Below, one piece after another: positions 9,732 to 18,451 of a stretch of 44,861 nt of DNA. The stretch covers positions 1 through 44,861 of the forward strand of contig CAYVCY010000003.1 of NCBI GenBank assembly GCA_964450265.1. Reading direction: 5' to 3'. The translations under genes and the position numbers were made by a program. The DNA comes from an uncultured Clostridia bacterium (GTDB lineage Bacteria > Bacillota > UBA994 > UBA5500). Each line of letters starts with the position of its first letter. Positions within the stretch are counted from its first letter, which is position 1. The notes under the pieces were generated by a model, which had not been told where the DNA came from, did no database searches, and was given only the letters and a program-made list of their open reading frames with translations.

Positions 9732-10584
9732 ACAGCGCTTAGGGCGAGGCTTGCAGGCTTTAATTCCGGTGCATGAGACTCCGGTGGGGAATGGGGAAAC
9801 GCAGGCGAGTATTGCTCTCGGCCTGGTTGACCCAAACCCTTACCAACCGAGACGCGAATTTGTCCAGGACAAGCTGGATGAGTTGGCCGAATCGATCCGG
9901 GTACACGGCATCATCCAGCCGGTGGTGGTGCGGGCAATAGGTGATCGCTATCAGTTGGTGGCCGGCGAGCGGCGATGCCGGGCTGCCAGGCAGGCCGGAT
10001 TGAATGAAGTGCCGGCGGTGATTAAGGAATACAGTGACGCGCAGATGTTGGAGCTGGCGATCGTAGAGAATTTGCAGCGAGATGACTTGGATCCGCTGGA
10101 GGAAGCTAACGCCTATCAACAGCTGATCAAGCGCTTGGGGCTGACCCAGGATCAGGCGGCTAGGCGGATAGGCAAGAGCCGCTCCCATGTGGCCAACACG
10201 TTGCGCCTGCTACAGTTGCCACCTTTGCTACAGGAGTATGTTTCACGTGAAACAATCTCGGCCGGGCATGCCAGGGCATTGCTGGCCCTGCCCAGCGAAA
10301 CGCAGCAGTTGGCCGCAGCAGAGCAAGTCCTCACCCTGGGACTGAATGTGCGCCAGACAGAGCAATTGGTCAAGCGAATGCAGGCTAGCAAGGGGACTGT
10401 TTCACGTGAAACACCCAGGCCGAATGATCAAACAGAGATCGCCCATCTTGAGCGGCAGCTGCAAAGCGGCTTGGGTACAGGGGTGAGGATAATTCGTGGA
10501 CGCAAGCGCGGTCGCATCGAGATCTCCTTTAGTTCGGCGGACGAGCTCGAACGGCTTCTAGAGCAACTGTTGTCGATCAGTTGA
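9724..10584 (+). CDS. spo0J: chromosome partitioning protein ParB/Spo0J
   Basis: N-terminal GRGLQALI, GERRCRAA CTPase box, HTH. Overlaps the soj stop. Confidence 0.9.
   Translation: MAKQRLGRGLQALIPVHETPVGNGETQASIALGLVDPNPYQPRREFVQDKLDELAESIRVHGIIQPVVVRAIGDRYQLVAGERRCRAARQAGLNEVPAVIKEYSDAQMLELAIVENLQRDDLDPLEEANAYQQLIKRLGLTQDQAARRIGKSRSHVANTLRLLQLPPLLQEYVSRETISAGHARALLALPSETQQLAAAEQVLTLGLNVRQTEQLVKRMQASKGTVSRETPRPNDQTEIAHLERQLQSGLGTGVRIIRGRKRGRIEISFSSADELERLLEQLLSIS
10239..10254. promoter_or_regulatory. parS site 1 (TGTTTCACGTGAAACA)
   Basis: Perfect 16-bp palindrome matching the Firmicute parS consensus TGTTNCACGTGAAACA, inside spo0J. Confidence 0.85.
10398..10413. promoter_or_regulatory. 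parS site 2 (TGTTTCACGTGAAACA)
   Basis: Second identical 16-bp palindrome, 159 bp downstream of site 1, also inside spo0J. Confidence 0.85.
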
Positions 10585-10690
10585 TCGGCACCCTTCGTTA
10601 TGCAGCAATTGACACAATCCATACATATTGGGCTGATCGGTGCAACAACCGCATCGTTCGAGTCGACAGATACGCATGGGAGGGTGGGCG

Positions 10691-11839
10691 ATGATCTACT
10701 TAGATAATGCAGCCACAACTTGGCCAAAGCCGCCTACGGTGGTGCAGGCCCTCGGAGAAAGCCTGCTCGAGTTTGGCGCCAACCCTGGGCGGGGAGGCCA
10801 TGCCTTTGCTTTGCGTTCCGCCCGCATGGTCTTGGCAGCCCGCCAGCACCTGGCTTCCTTCTTCGGAAGCAAACACCCTCAGCGGTGGGTCTATACCAGC
10901 GGCGCCACCGAAAGCGCTAACGCCGCCTTGTTTGGTCTCCTAAACCCGGGAGATCACGTGCTCACTTCGCAGCAGGAGCACAATGCGATCGCTCGTCCTT
11001 TGCACCACCTATCCCGCCAAGGCGTAAAGGTAACCAGTCTTCCCTTGGTCAAGGACGGCCATCTCGACTTATCTCTGATCGCAGACAGGATACAACCTAA
11101 TACCAGACTGCTAGCAGTCAGCCATGCCTCCAATGTCACCGGGGCCGTTCTGCCGCTCGGCGAAGTCTGTGCCTTCTGCAAAGAAAAAGGTCTACTGTTG
11201 TTGGTGGACGCCTCGCAGACGGCAGGCTTGCTGGATATTGATGTCAACCGCGGCATCGACCTATTGGTGTTGCCAGGCCACAAATCCCTCTACGGACCTC
11301 CCGGCATCGGGGTATTATACGCGAGTTCCGAGGTGGAGTTGAGGCCGTACCGCCTTGGGGGTACGGGTAGCCAGTCAGAGAGCTTGGAGCAGCCACAGAT
11401 TTGGCCAGATCGCATGGAGAGCGGCACGCTGAATACCCCGGGCATCTATGCTTTGCAGGCAGGCATCACCTTTGTGCAGCAGATAGGCCAAGAAGTTGTC
11501 TATCGCCAAGAAATGCAGTTGGCTCGTCTGCTGGTGGATGGCCTGCGAGGGATCGCTGGCCTGCACGTCTACGGGTGGGGTAAACAGGCACAAGTTCCGG
11601 TAGTGGCCTGCAATCTGGAAGCCGTGGACGGTGCGGAGTTGGCCTTGATTCTGGACCAATCGTACGGAATCGCTGCCAGAGCTGGTCTACATTGTGCGCC
11701 GATAGCCCATCAGGCTTTAGGAACACTGGAGCGGGGAGTGATCAGGTTCTCGCTCGGCTATTATACTACCAAAGATGAGATCATGCAGACCATTCAGGCT
11801 ATGCAGGAGATCGCCCGAGAATTGAGGCCAACATGCTAG
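10691..11839 (+). CDS. class V aminotransferase-fold cysteine desulfurase / selenocysteine lyase-like enzyme
   Basis: MIYLDNAATTWPKP start, SHASNVTG, PGHKSLYGPPG (PLP lysine), RAGLHCAP (catalytic Cys region). Confidence 0.8.
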   Translation: MIYLDNAATTWPKPPTVVQALGESLLEFGANPGRGGHAFALRSARMVLAARQHLASFFGSKHPQRWVYTSGATESANAALFGLLNPGDHVLTSQQEHNAIARPLHHLSRQGVKVTSLPLVKDGHLDLSLIADRIQPNTRLLAVSHASNVTGAVLPLGEVCAFCKEKGLLLLVDASQTAGLLDIDVNRGIDLLVLPGHKSLYGPPGIGVLYASSEVELRPYRLGGTGSQSESLEQPQIWPDRMESGTLNTPGIYALQAGITFVQQIGQEVVYRQEMQLARLLVDGLRGIAGLHVYGWGKQAQVPVVACNLEAVDGAELALILDQSYGIAARAGLHCAPIAHQALGTLERGVIRFSLGYYTTKDEIMQTIQAMQEIARELRPTC

Positions 11840-12507
11840 GTACCATAGTCAATGCTCTGGCCATATTGGGTGGCGGAACGCTGGGCCTATTGCTCAGTCG
11901 GGGTATAGCCGATAGATATCGTGAAACGGCCACCCTGTCCTTGGGGCTGGCCGTAGTCTGCATCGGGCTGGATTATGCCCTGCAGACAACCAACCCGGTG
12001 ATCATGATCGCAGCTGTGATCATCGGCGGGCTGCTCGGCGAGTGGATGCGGCTGGAAGAGCGCCTGCACCGCTTCGCTTCCCGGGCGGAACGAATGTTTG
12101 GCCAAGCTGGTGGAAAATTCAGCGAGGCGTTTGTCACCAGCACCTTGGTCTATTGTGTCGGTGCCATGGGCATCATGGGCGCAATTCAAGGTGGGCTTAG
12201 CGGTGACCATTCGACTTTGTATGCGAAGTCGATGCTCGATGGCATTTCCTCCATATTCTTTGCCTCCACCCTGGGGGCAGGCGTACTTTTATCGGCCCTG
12301 CCGGTGTTTGCCTATCAAGGAGCGATCACCCTCGGTGCCAGCTGGGCTGCCGCTTGGCTCACTCCCTTGATGCGGGCCGAGATGAATGCTGTCGGTGGCA
12401 TCCTGATCATCGCTATCGGGCTAGGCATTCTGGACATCAAGCGCATCCGCGTGGCTAATCTTCTGCCTGCTGTCCTCCTGGCAGTCATCTTTGCACCTCT
12501 TTTCTGA
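11833..12507 (+). CDS. DUF554 (YqgA-like) membrane protein
   Basis: MLGTIVNALAILGGGTLGLLL N-terminus; multi-TM, 224 aa. Confidence 0.65.
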   Translation: MLGTIVNALAILGGGTLGLLLSRGIADRYRETATLSLGLAVVCIGLDYALQTTNPVIMIAAVIIGGLLGEWMRLEERLHRFASRAERMFGQAGGKFSEAFVTSTLVYCVGAMGIMGAIQGGLSGDHSTLYAKSMLDGISSIFFASTLGAGVLLSALPVFAYQGAITLGASWAAAWLTPLMRAEMNAVGGILIIAIGLGILDIKRIRVANLLPAVLLAVIFAPLF

Positions 12508-12794
12508 TCTTGGGAAGCGGCGGGTGCAGGCCGAGGATGTTTGCTCAAGGCAAGAATTCCGGATAGGGAGTATTCAAAGCCGATAATGCAGCGCTTGACG
12601 GCGTCTGTCCTGCTTGGGATAGACGCTTCCTTTATTTGGATAAATCGATCCAACAATGATGAAAGCCAGAAACGGCCCAGCCGAGAACAGCCCTCACCAA
12701 TCCAAAATTACACCTCTTTCCAAAGTTGGTGAAGGAGTTATCCTTTTGTGTGTCGAAATACAACAGCGCGATTGTACGGAAGGAGGAAACAAAA

Positions 12795-13100
12795 TTGCGG
12801 ATTGATTCTCATCCCATCTTGGAGTTCCACCCAGGTCCAAAAGTGAGATTCAGTTACGATGGCCAGGAGCTCTGGGGATACGCGGGGGAGCCGATTGCTG
12901 CCGCTTTACATGCAGCCGGGATACGTAAGCTACGTCATAGTCCCGAGCTACATCGGCCGCGAGGTTTCTTCTGTGCCATAGGCACTTGCTCTTCCTGTTT
13001 GATGACGGTCAACGGCCAGCCAAACGTCAGGGTTTGCGTTGAACCGCTGCAGGAAGGGATGCGGGTGGAGACTCAGACGGGAAAGGGAGTGCTAGCGTGA
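12795..13100 (+). CDS. (2Fe-2S)-binding small subunit (HcnA / SoxA-N-terminal like)
   Basis: TTG at 12795 after AGGAGGAAAC. FFCAIGTCSSCLMTVNGQPNVRVC motif. Confidence 0.7.
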   Translation: MRIDSHPILEFHPGPKVRFSYDGQELWGYAGEPIAAALHAAGIRKLRHSPELHRPRGFFCAIGTCSSCLMTVNGQPNVRVCVEPLQEGMRVETQTGKGVLA

Positions 13101-14191
13101 TCGAGACCGAAATTGCGGTGATCGGTGGGGGACCAGCAGGTCTGTATGCTGCCTGGACAGCCGCAGAAGCTGGGGCGTCGGTGCTGCTGATCGACAACTC
13201 CCTAATCCTCGGTGGGCAGTTGATCAAGCAGACGCACATGTTCTTTGGCTCTCAGAAGCAATTCGCCGGCACTCGGGGGATGGATATCGCCCAGAGACTG
13301 GTGAGCCGGGCTACGGAACATCCAGGAATTACTATTATGAGCAACTCGACTGCTCTAGGGATCTATGAGAACGGAGTGATTACGGTTGAGCAGGACGAGC
13401 GACGGGTAGAGCTGGTGGCTGCCAAGCGCATAGTTGTGGCTACCGGTGCCTCTGAACGCACCCTGGCTTTTCCAAACAATGACTTGCCGGGGGTTTATGG
13501 TGCCGGAGCAGTGCAAACTCTGATGAATGTCCACGGGGTGCGCCCTGGGCAACGGGTATTGATGATCGGTGCCGGCAATATTGGCTTGATTGTCAGCTAT
13601 CAGTTGCTGCAGGCAGGCGTGGATGTAGCCGCGATTGTCGAAGCCGGTGACTGCATCGGTGGCTTCTTGGTGCACGCAGCCAAGGTGAGGCGGGCAGGTG
13701 TGCCGATACTCACCAGGCACACTATCAAGTCAGCTTACGGGCAAGACAGTGTAGAAGGGGCTACTATCTGGGAGTTGGACGATCGTTGGCAGGGGATTGC
13801 CGGTACCGAGAGGGATTTGGCAGTCGACGTGATCTGCCTGGCAGTCGGTCTCTCTCCTTTATCCGACCTGCTCTGGCAGGCGGGATGCCAGATGAAGTAC
13901 GTGGCCGAGCTGGGTGGGCACGTCGCTTGGCGGGATGCCAATCTGCGCACCAGCAAGCCAAACATCTATCTGGCAGGCGACGTGGCTGGGGTGGAGGAGG
14001 CCAGCAGTGCCATGGTGGAAGGTCAGATCGCTGGCTTGGCAGCAGCCCTCAGTTTGCACCTAGGTGACGAGAACACGCTGCATCAGCTGAAGGATGCTCA
14101 AGAGCAGCTATTCGACCTGCGTCGAGGACCTGTGGGCGAAAAAATCCGCGCCGGCTTGAACAGAGTGGAAGGGGGGGTGCAGCATGCTTAA
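13097..14191 (+). CDS. FAD/NAD(P)-binding pyridine nucleotide-disulfide oxidoreductase subunit (HcnB/OoxA-like)
   Basis: Two dinucleotide folds (AVIGGGPAGLYAA; MIGAGNIGLIVS). GTGA start-stop overlap with the upstream gene. Confidence 0.75.
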   Translation: MIETEIAVIGGGPAGLYAAWTAAEAGASVLLIDNSLILGGQLIKQTHMFFGSQKQFAGTRGMDIAQRLVSRATEHPGITIMSNSTALGIYENGVITVEQDERRVELVAAKRIVVATGASERTLAFPNNDLPGVYGAGAVQTLMNVHGVRPGQRVLMIGAGNIGLIVSYQLLQAGVDVAAIVEAGDCIGGFLVHAAKVRRAGVPILTRHTIKSAYGQDSVEGATIWELDDRWQGIAGTERDLAVDVICLAVGLSPLSDLLWQAGCQMKYVAELGGHVAWRDANLRTSKPNIYLAGDVAGVEEASSAMVEGQIAGLAAALSLHLGDENTLHQLKDAQEQLFDLRRGPVGEKIRAGLNRVEGGVQHA

Positions 14192-14687
14192 GAAGACCGG
14201 TATTCCTAACGAAGCGGAGCGGGCATCGGTGATGCCTAACCCAGATCGCCTCAGGCAGGGTGCCGTGGCCATTATCGAGTGTTTTCAACAGATCCCCTGC
14301 AATCCTTGTGCCACTTCCTGCCCCAGAGGGGCCATTCAGCCCTTTAGCGACATCAATGCCCAACCTCACATCGACCATGATCGCTGCAACGGATGCGCCA
14401 TCTGTGTAGCCAACTGCCCTGGACTAGCCATCTTTGTGGTAGACGAAAACTACCGAGAAGGCATAGCCCTGATTAAGCTGCCCTATGAGCAACTGCCCTT
14501 GCCGAAGGCCGGTGAAACGGTGTCGGCGCTGGATCGTGGCGGCCAGGTGGTCGGCGAAGGGGTAGTGCGTCTGGTGCAGAATCCGAAGGCCTTCGACCGC
14601 ACTGCAGTCATTCACCTGGAGGTGCCCCGAGAGCTTGCTCAGACGGTGCGCAACATCCGCGTCAGGAGGGGAAATGAGCATGAGTGA
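14184..14687 (+). CDS. 4Fe-4S ferredoxin-domain subunit
   Basis: CNGCAICVANCP cluster motif plus an upstream Cys-rich segment. Overlaps both neighbours. Confidence 0.65.
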   Translation: MLKKTGIPNEAERASVMPNPDRLRQGAVAIIECFQQIPCNPCATSCPRGAIQPFSDINAQPHIDHDRCNGCAICVANCPGLAIFVVDENYREGIALIKLPYEQLPLPKAGETVSALDRGGQVVGEGVVRLVQNPKAFDRTAVIHLEVPRELAQTVRNIRVRRGNEHE

Positions 14688-14958
14688 TCAGGATATCATC
14701 ATCTGTCGCTGCGAGGATTTGACGCTGGGGCGCTTGCGCCAACTGATCGATCAGGGGTACACCTCCGTCGACGAGATCAAGCGAATTTCCCGGGCAGGCA
14801 TGGGGCAATGTCAGGGGAGGACGTGTCGGGCTCTGATCGAGCGAGAGATCGCACTGAAGACCGGCAAGGGGATCGGCGACCAACCAGAAACAACCTTCCG
14901 CCAACCCAGCAAGCCGGTTACTTTCGCTGCCATATTGGAGGGGGAGCGCTATGAATAA
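14674..14958 (+). CDS. BFD-like (2Fe-2S)-binding small subunit
   Basis: ATG at 14674 after AGGAGGGG. CRCEDLT ... GQCQGRTC motif. Confidence 0.65.
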   Translation: MSMSDQDIIICRCEDLTLGRLRQLIDQGYTSVDEIKRISRAGMGQCQGRTCRALIEREIALKTGKGIGDQPETTFRQPSKPVTFAAILEGERYE

Positions 14959-16099
14959 GTCGGCTGATGTGGTTGTCATCGGTGGTGGCGTGATCGGCTG
15001 TTCTATCGCCTACAATCTGGCTAAGCGGGGCTGTCGCAACATAGTCGTCTTGGAGAAAGGCTATCTGGCCAGCGGCTCCACCGGCCGTTGCGGGGCTGGT
15101 GTGCGGGCTCAGTGGGGGACCGAAATGAACTTGCGGATGGCCATGGCCAGCGTGCGCATGTTTGAGACTATGAACGAAGACCTGGACTATGATGATGACA
15201 TCGAATTCAACCAGGGTGGCTACCTGCTGTTGGCTTACAACGCCGAAGGGTGGGAACAGTTCAACAAGAATGTCCAGCTGCAGCGTCGTTTCGGATTGCA
15301 GGTGCAGGTCTGCACCCCTGAAGAAGCCAAGGAGATCGTGCCACACCTGAATACGGAAGAGTTGATCGGTGCTACCTTCTGTCCCAGCGATGGACACTGT
15401 AACCCCTTCAAGGTGACAGATGCCTATGCCAAAGCCGCCCGCCGGTTGGGCGTGGAAATCATGACCCGTACCGCGGTCACCGGCATCAAACTTCAGGGGG
15501 ATCGGGTGGTAGGGGTGGAGACCGACCGAGGCTTTATCTCTACACCGGTGGTGGTCAATGCGGCCGGCGGTTACTCCCAGGACATCGCCCACATGGCTGG
15601 TATAGAGCTCCCCACCTACAGCGAGCGCCATCAGATCTTGATTACCGAGCCGGTGGAGCAGATGCAGGGGCCGATGGTGATGTCGTTCCACCACAATCTC
15701 TATGCTCAGCAGACTCCCCACGGCAGCTTCATCATGGGCTTAGGTGATCCCAATGAGCTACCGGGCTACAACACCAATGCTACTTGGGGTTTCTTGCATG
15801 AGATGGCCGAAAAGATCACTTGGCTGCTGCCCCCATTGCGGAACATCCGCGTGGTCAGGCAGTGGGCTGGGTTGTATAACATGACCCCCGATCGCACGCC
15901 GATCCTGGGAGCCGCTCCAGACGTAGCCGGATTCCACATGGCTGTCGGCTTCAGCGGGCACGGGTTCATGCTGGCTCCGATGACCGGGGTGCTATTGGCG
16001 GAGGAGATCCTGGGATTGCCACTCTCCTTGCCTATCAAGCAGATGGACTTAGGACGGTTCGAACGGGGAGAGCTGTTTAGGGAGCCGTCGGTGGTATAG
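14951..16099 (+). CDS. FAD-dependent oxidoreductase, DAO / sarcosine oxidase beta-like subunit
   Basis: VVVIGGGVIGCSIAYNLAKRG Rossmann motif, 382 aa, SoxB/proline dehydrogenase beta-like. Confidence 0.8.
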   Translation: MNKSADVVVIGGGVIGCSIAYNLAKRGCRNIVVLEKGYLASGSTGRCGAGVRAQWGTEMNLRMAMASVRMFETMNEDLDYDDDIEFNQGGYLLLAYNAEGWEQFNKNVQLQRRFGLQVQVCTPEEAKEIVPHLNTEELIGATFCPSDGHCNPFKVTDAYAKAARRLGVEIMTRTAVTGIKLQGDRVVGVETDRGFISTPVVVNAAGGYSQDIAHMAGIELPTYSERHQILITEPVEQMQGPMVMSFHHNLYAQQTPHGSFIMGLGDPNELPGYNTNATWGFLHEMAEKITWLLPPLRNIRVVRQWAGLYNMTPDRTPILGAAPDVAGFHMAVGFSGHGFMLAPMTGVLLAEEILGLPLSLPIKQMDLGRFERGELFREPSVV

Positions 16100-16147
16100 T
16101 CCCTGTCGCGTGGGAGTGACTCTCCATAAAAACCACGAGCACATAAA

Positions 16148-16190
16148 AGGCTCGCTCGAGCATCTTTACTTGGGCGAGCCTCTTCTTTCG
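16148..16190 (+). terminator. terminator after oxidoreductase operon
   Basis: AGGCTCGC / GCGAGCCT stem (16148-16155 with 16174-16181), then a T-rich tail CTTCTTTC. Confidence 0.5.
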
Positions 16191-16430
16191 CAACGTCGCA
16201 ACCCTTGCTCGTTAGGCCAGGCTGGCGCTTGGCCTTAGGCGCTGTCTGCCAATGGCAATATGGGAGCTCGATTCGTCCGGTGGCAGCTATTTTGCCTGAT
16301 GCGCGCACAGCTGACCTCCATCGCCAACCATCAATAAAGCGAAACCCATCCGATGGGCACAAACTTGAGAAATGAGGGGTGGGAAATGTGAAGTGCGATT
16401 AAGCCTAGCTCGCCTTTCACGTCCCAGATC

Positions 16431-17213
16431 TCATCTCGGGCGCATCATCCCGTTGTTGTCGATGTAATAATCGCCCTCCAGCAACAGCTCCGAGATGGGC
16501 ACCACCTTGTAGCCTTCTCGCTGGCAGAACTGCAGGATCTCCCGCAGCGCCGTTGGCGTATGCTCGCCATTGTTGTGAAAGAGGACGATTGCGCCCGGCT
16601 CGATCCTGCTGGTCACCCGCTGCGCGATCTCAGCGGCCGATAGCGGTTTCCAGTCCAGCGAGTCGACGCTCCATTGGATAGTGGTATATCCCACTGCCTC
16701 GGCATTCTCTATCACCCGGTTGCTGTATTCCCCAAAGGGCGGGCGAAAAAGATCTGGCTCTTGCCCGCATACCTCTTTGATCAGCTCGTGGGTGCTGGTC
16801 AACTCAAACTGGATCTGCTCGGCCGATAGGCTACCCATGTGGGGGTGGGTGGCGCTATGGTTGCCGATCTCATGTCCTGCAGCATCTATCCGCTGTACAA
16901 CCTCCGGGTACTTCTCTACCCAGAACCTGACCAGGAAGAACGTGGTGCGGATCTGATGCTGCTCCAAAATGGCCAGCAGCTCATCGGTGCGGTCTGCTCC
17001 CCAGGCCGCATCAAAGCTGATGGCGATCTTCTGCTCATCGGTCTGCACCGAGTAAACAGGTAGCCTGCGCTGCCAACCGATCGCGCTTCTTACCACATGG
17101 CCGAATTGCCCGGGAAATATGAACAGAGCTGCTGCCGTCGTTGTTACTAGCAGTAGCAGGCACAGGCCTATGGACAACAACCTCTTTTTGTGCACCAGAA
17201 GTATCACTGGCAT
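16431..17213 (-). CDS. polysaccharide deacetylase (NodB homology domain, PdaA/PdaB-like)
   Basis: FDAAWG..DRT, TFFL, HEIGNHSATHPHM motifs. N-terminal TM anchor. Confidence 0.85.
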   Translation of the reverse strand: MPVILLVHKKRLLSIGLCLLLLVTTTAAALFIFPGQFGHVVRSAIGWQRRLPVYSVQTDEQKIAISFDAAWGADRTDELLAILEQHQIRTTFFLVRFWVEKYPEVVQRIDAAGHEIGNHSATHPHMGSLSAEQIQFELTSTHELIKEVCGQEPDLFRPPFGEYSNRVIENAEAVGYTTIQWSVDSLDWKPLSAAEIAQRVTSRIEPGAIVLFHNNGEHTPTALREILQFCQREGYKVVPISELLLEGDYYIDNNGMMRPR

Positions 17214-17311
17214 CCGCCCCCTATCCTCACTGTAAGCTGCCCGCCGCAGGCACGCGCTTCATTTCTAGGATATGGGGACAGGGCATCCGATATGAGTCAT
17301 TCCGGGTAGCT

Positions 17312-18220
17312 CTAGGTCAGGCCCAATGCAGAAATAACCACAGGAACCGAGGCTAAACTGAGCAGAGAGGTGCAGAGAGTGAGGGAGGAAACTAGTTCGG
17401 GCTCGGCATCGAACTCGATGGCCAACATAGTGGTTACGATCGCTGTAGGAGCGGCAGCGGCTAACACTAACACGTATCCACTCAGCCGGTCTAGTCCCAG
17501 CAAGTGGGCCAGTAGTGCCGCAAACGCTGGTGATGCAGCCAGCTTGACCAGGCTACCGAGACAGAGCAGTCCTGGTAGGGGGCTGATGGCCGCACCAGCC
17601 AACTGCACCCCGAGTAGCAGCAGGAAGACCGGTAGAGCCGCTTGCGCTAGCAGTCCGACCGCCTGCAACAGAAACCCCGGCGGAGCGACTGGCAGCTGCC
17701 GCCAGACCAGAGCGAGCAGGGCGGCATAGGCGGTAGGCATGCGCAGCAACGAGGCGAAGGAGCGCCAAGTGCCGAACTGGCTGCGGGCAGCAAAGTAGAC
17801 CGCCAAGGAACACATCAATAGCTGGTGCACCACAACGATCATGGCCACCCGTTCCAGGCCGGCGTTGCCGAAAAGGCTGACGATGATCGGTAAGCTATAA
17901 TTCCCCACATTGGTGAACACAGCCCCCAGCTTCATTGCGCTTGTCAGTCGATCGCTCCAGCCGAACAGGCGGCCAAACAGACTGACCAACGCGGCCAGGC
18001 TGAAGATCAGCAGCACAGTGCCGATGGCCAGTTTTAGCAGCTCAAAGCCACCCAGGCGAGAGCGCACCAGGGAGTTGAAGACTAGGGCGGGGCTGAGTAG
18101 ATAAAGCGTCAGTTTGGATAGTGGCTTGGCCTCCACCTGCAGCGAGCGCCTGGCGATCACCCCCGAAAATAGGAGCAAGACGAGCGGTAGCATCAGATTA
18201 ATGAAGAGGACAGGCTTCAC
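17312..18220 (-). CDS. AEC (auxin efflux carrier) family transporter
   Basis: 302-aa polytopic membrane protein with AEC-like N-terminus. GTG start. Confidence 0.65.
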   Translation of the reverse strand: MKPVLFINLMLPLVLLLFSGVIARRSLQVEAKPLSKLTLYLLSPALVFNSLVRSRLGGFELLKLAIGTVLLIFSLAALVSLFGRLFGWSDRLTSAMKLGAVFTNVGNYSLPIIVSLFGNAGLERVAMIVVVHQLLMCSLAVYFAARSQFGTWRSFASLLRMPTAYAALLALVWRQLPVAPPGFLLQAVGLLAQAALPVFLLLLGVQLAGAAISPLPGLLCLGSLVKLAASPAFAALLAHLLGLDRLSGYVLVLAAAAPTAIVTTMLAIEFDAEPELVSSLTLCTSLLSLASVPVVISALGLT

Positions 18221-18451
18221 CTCCTGTGATCACCCTTTCATAATGCATAGTCGAGAGCAGTACGTTTGATGACAAGTCTGCTCTAGCTGGCGATTGTGTC
18301 GCCGGCAGAGTTCGTGCGGAAACGGAGCCAGGCTCGTGCCAAATAGCAGCCCCGGGCTGTCGGTGAGTCGTTGGCGATCGCCTCGCATAGTCGGGGCCGT
18401 TAGCACTCAAAATAGGACGGGTGAAAAGGGCATCGAAGGAGGCGTGCGAAT

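Noticed and set aside
12508-12794. Possible glycine or other riboswitch in the 290-nt leader of the oxidoreductase operon, and the 63-aa ORF at 12541-12732.
   Set aside because: No glycine-riboswitch cores (GGAGAG ... ACCGAAGGGGCAA-like) or other known motifs are seen. The ORF lacks an RBS and has low-complexity composition.
14918-15721. Long antisense ORFs. These include 267 aa at 14918-15721(-), 276 aa at 41259-42089(-), 221 aa at 27778-28443(-), 189 aa at 3582-4151(-), 187 aa at 6950-7513(-), 198 aa at 15766-16362(-), 185 aa at 25026-25583(-) and 190 aa at 32838-33410(-).
   Set aside because: Each lies fully opposite a confidently identified conserved gene. They have Arg/Pro/Ser/Gly-rich low-complexity composition and no RBS, and this is the expected pattern for shadow ORFs in roughly 58-60 percent GC DNA.
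16191-16430. About 240 nt of apparently non-coding DNA between the oxidoreductase operon terminator and the convergent deacetylase gene (possible sRNA or gene remnant).
   Set aside because: No promoter-plus-terminator pair, conserved motif or credible ORF could be discerned by eye. Only a weak hairpin is present near 16213-16240, which is insufficient to call a feature.
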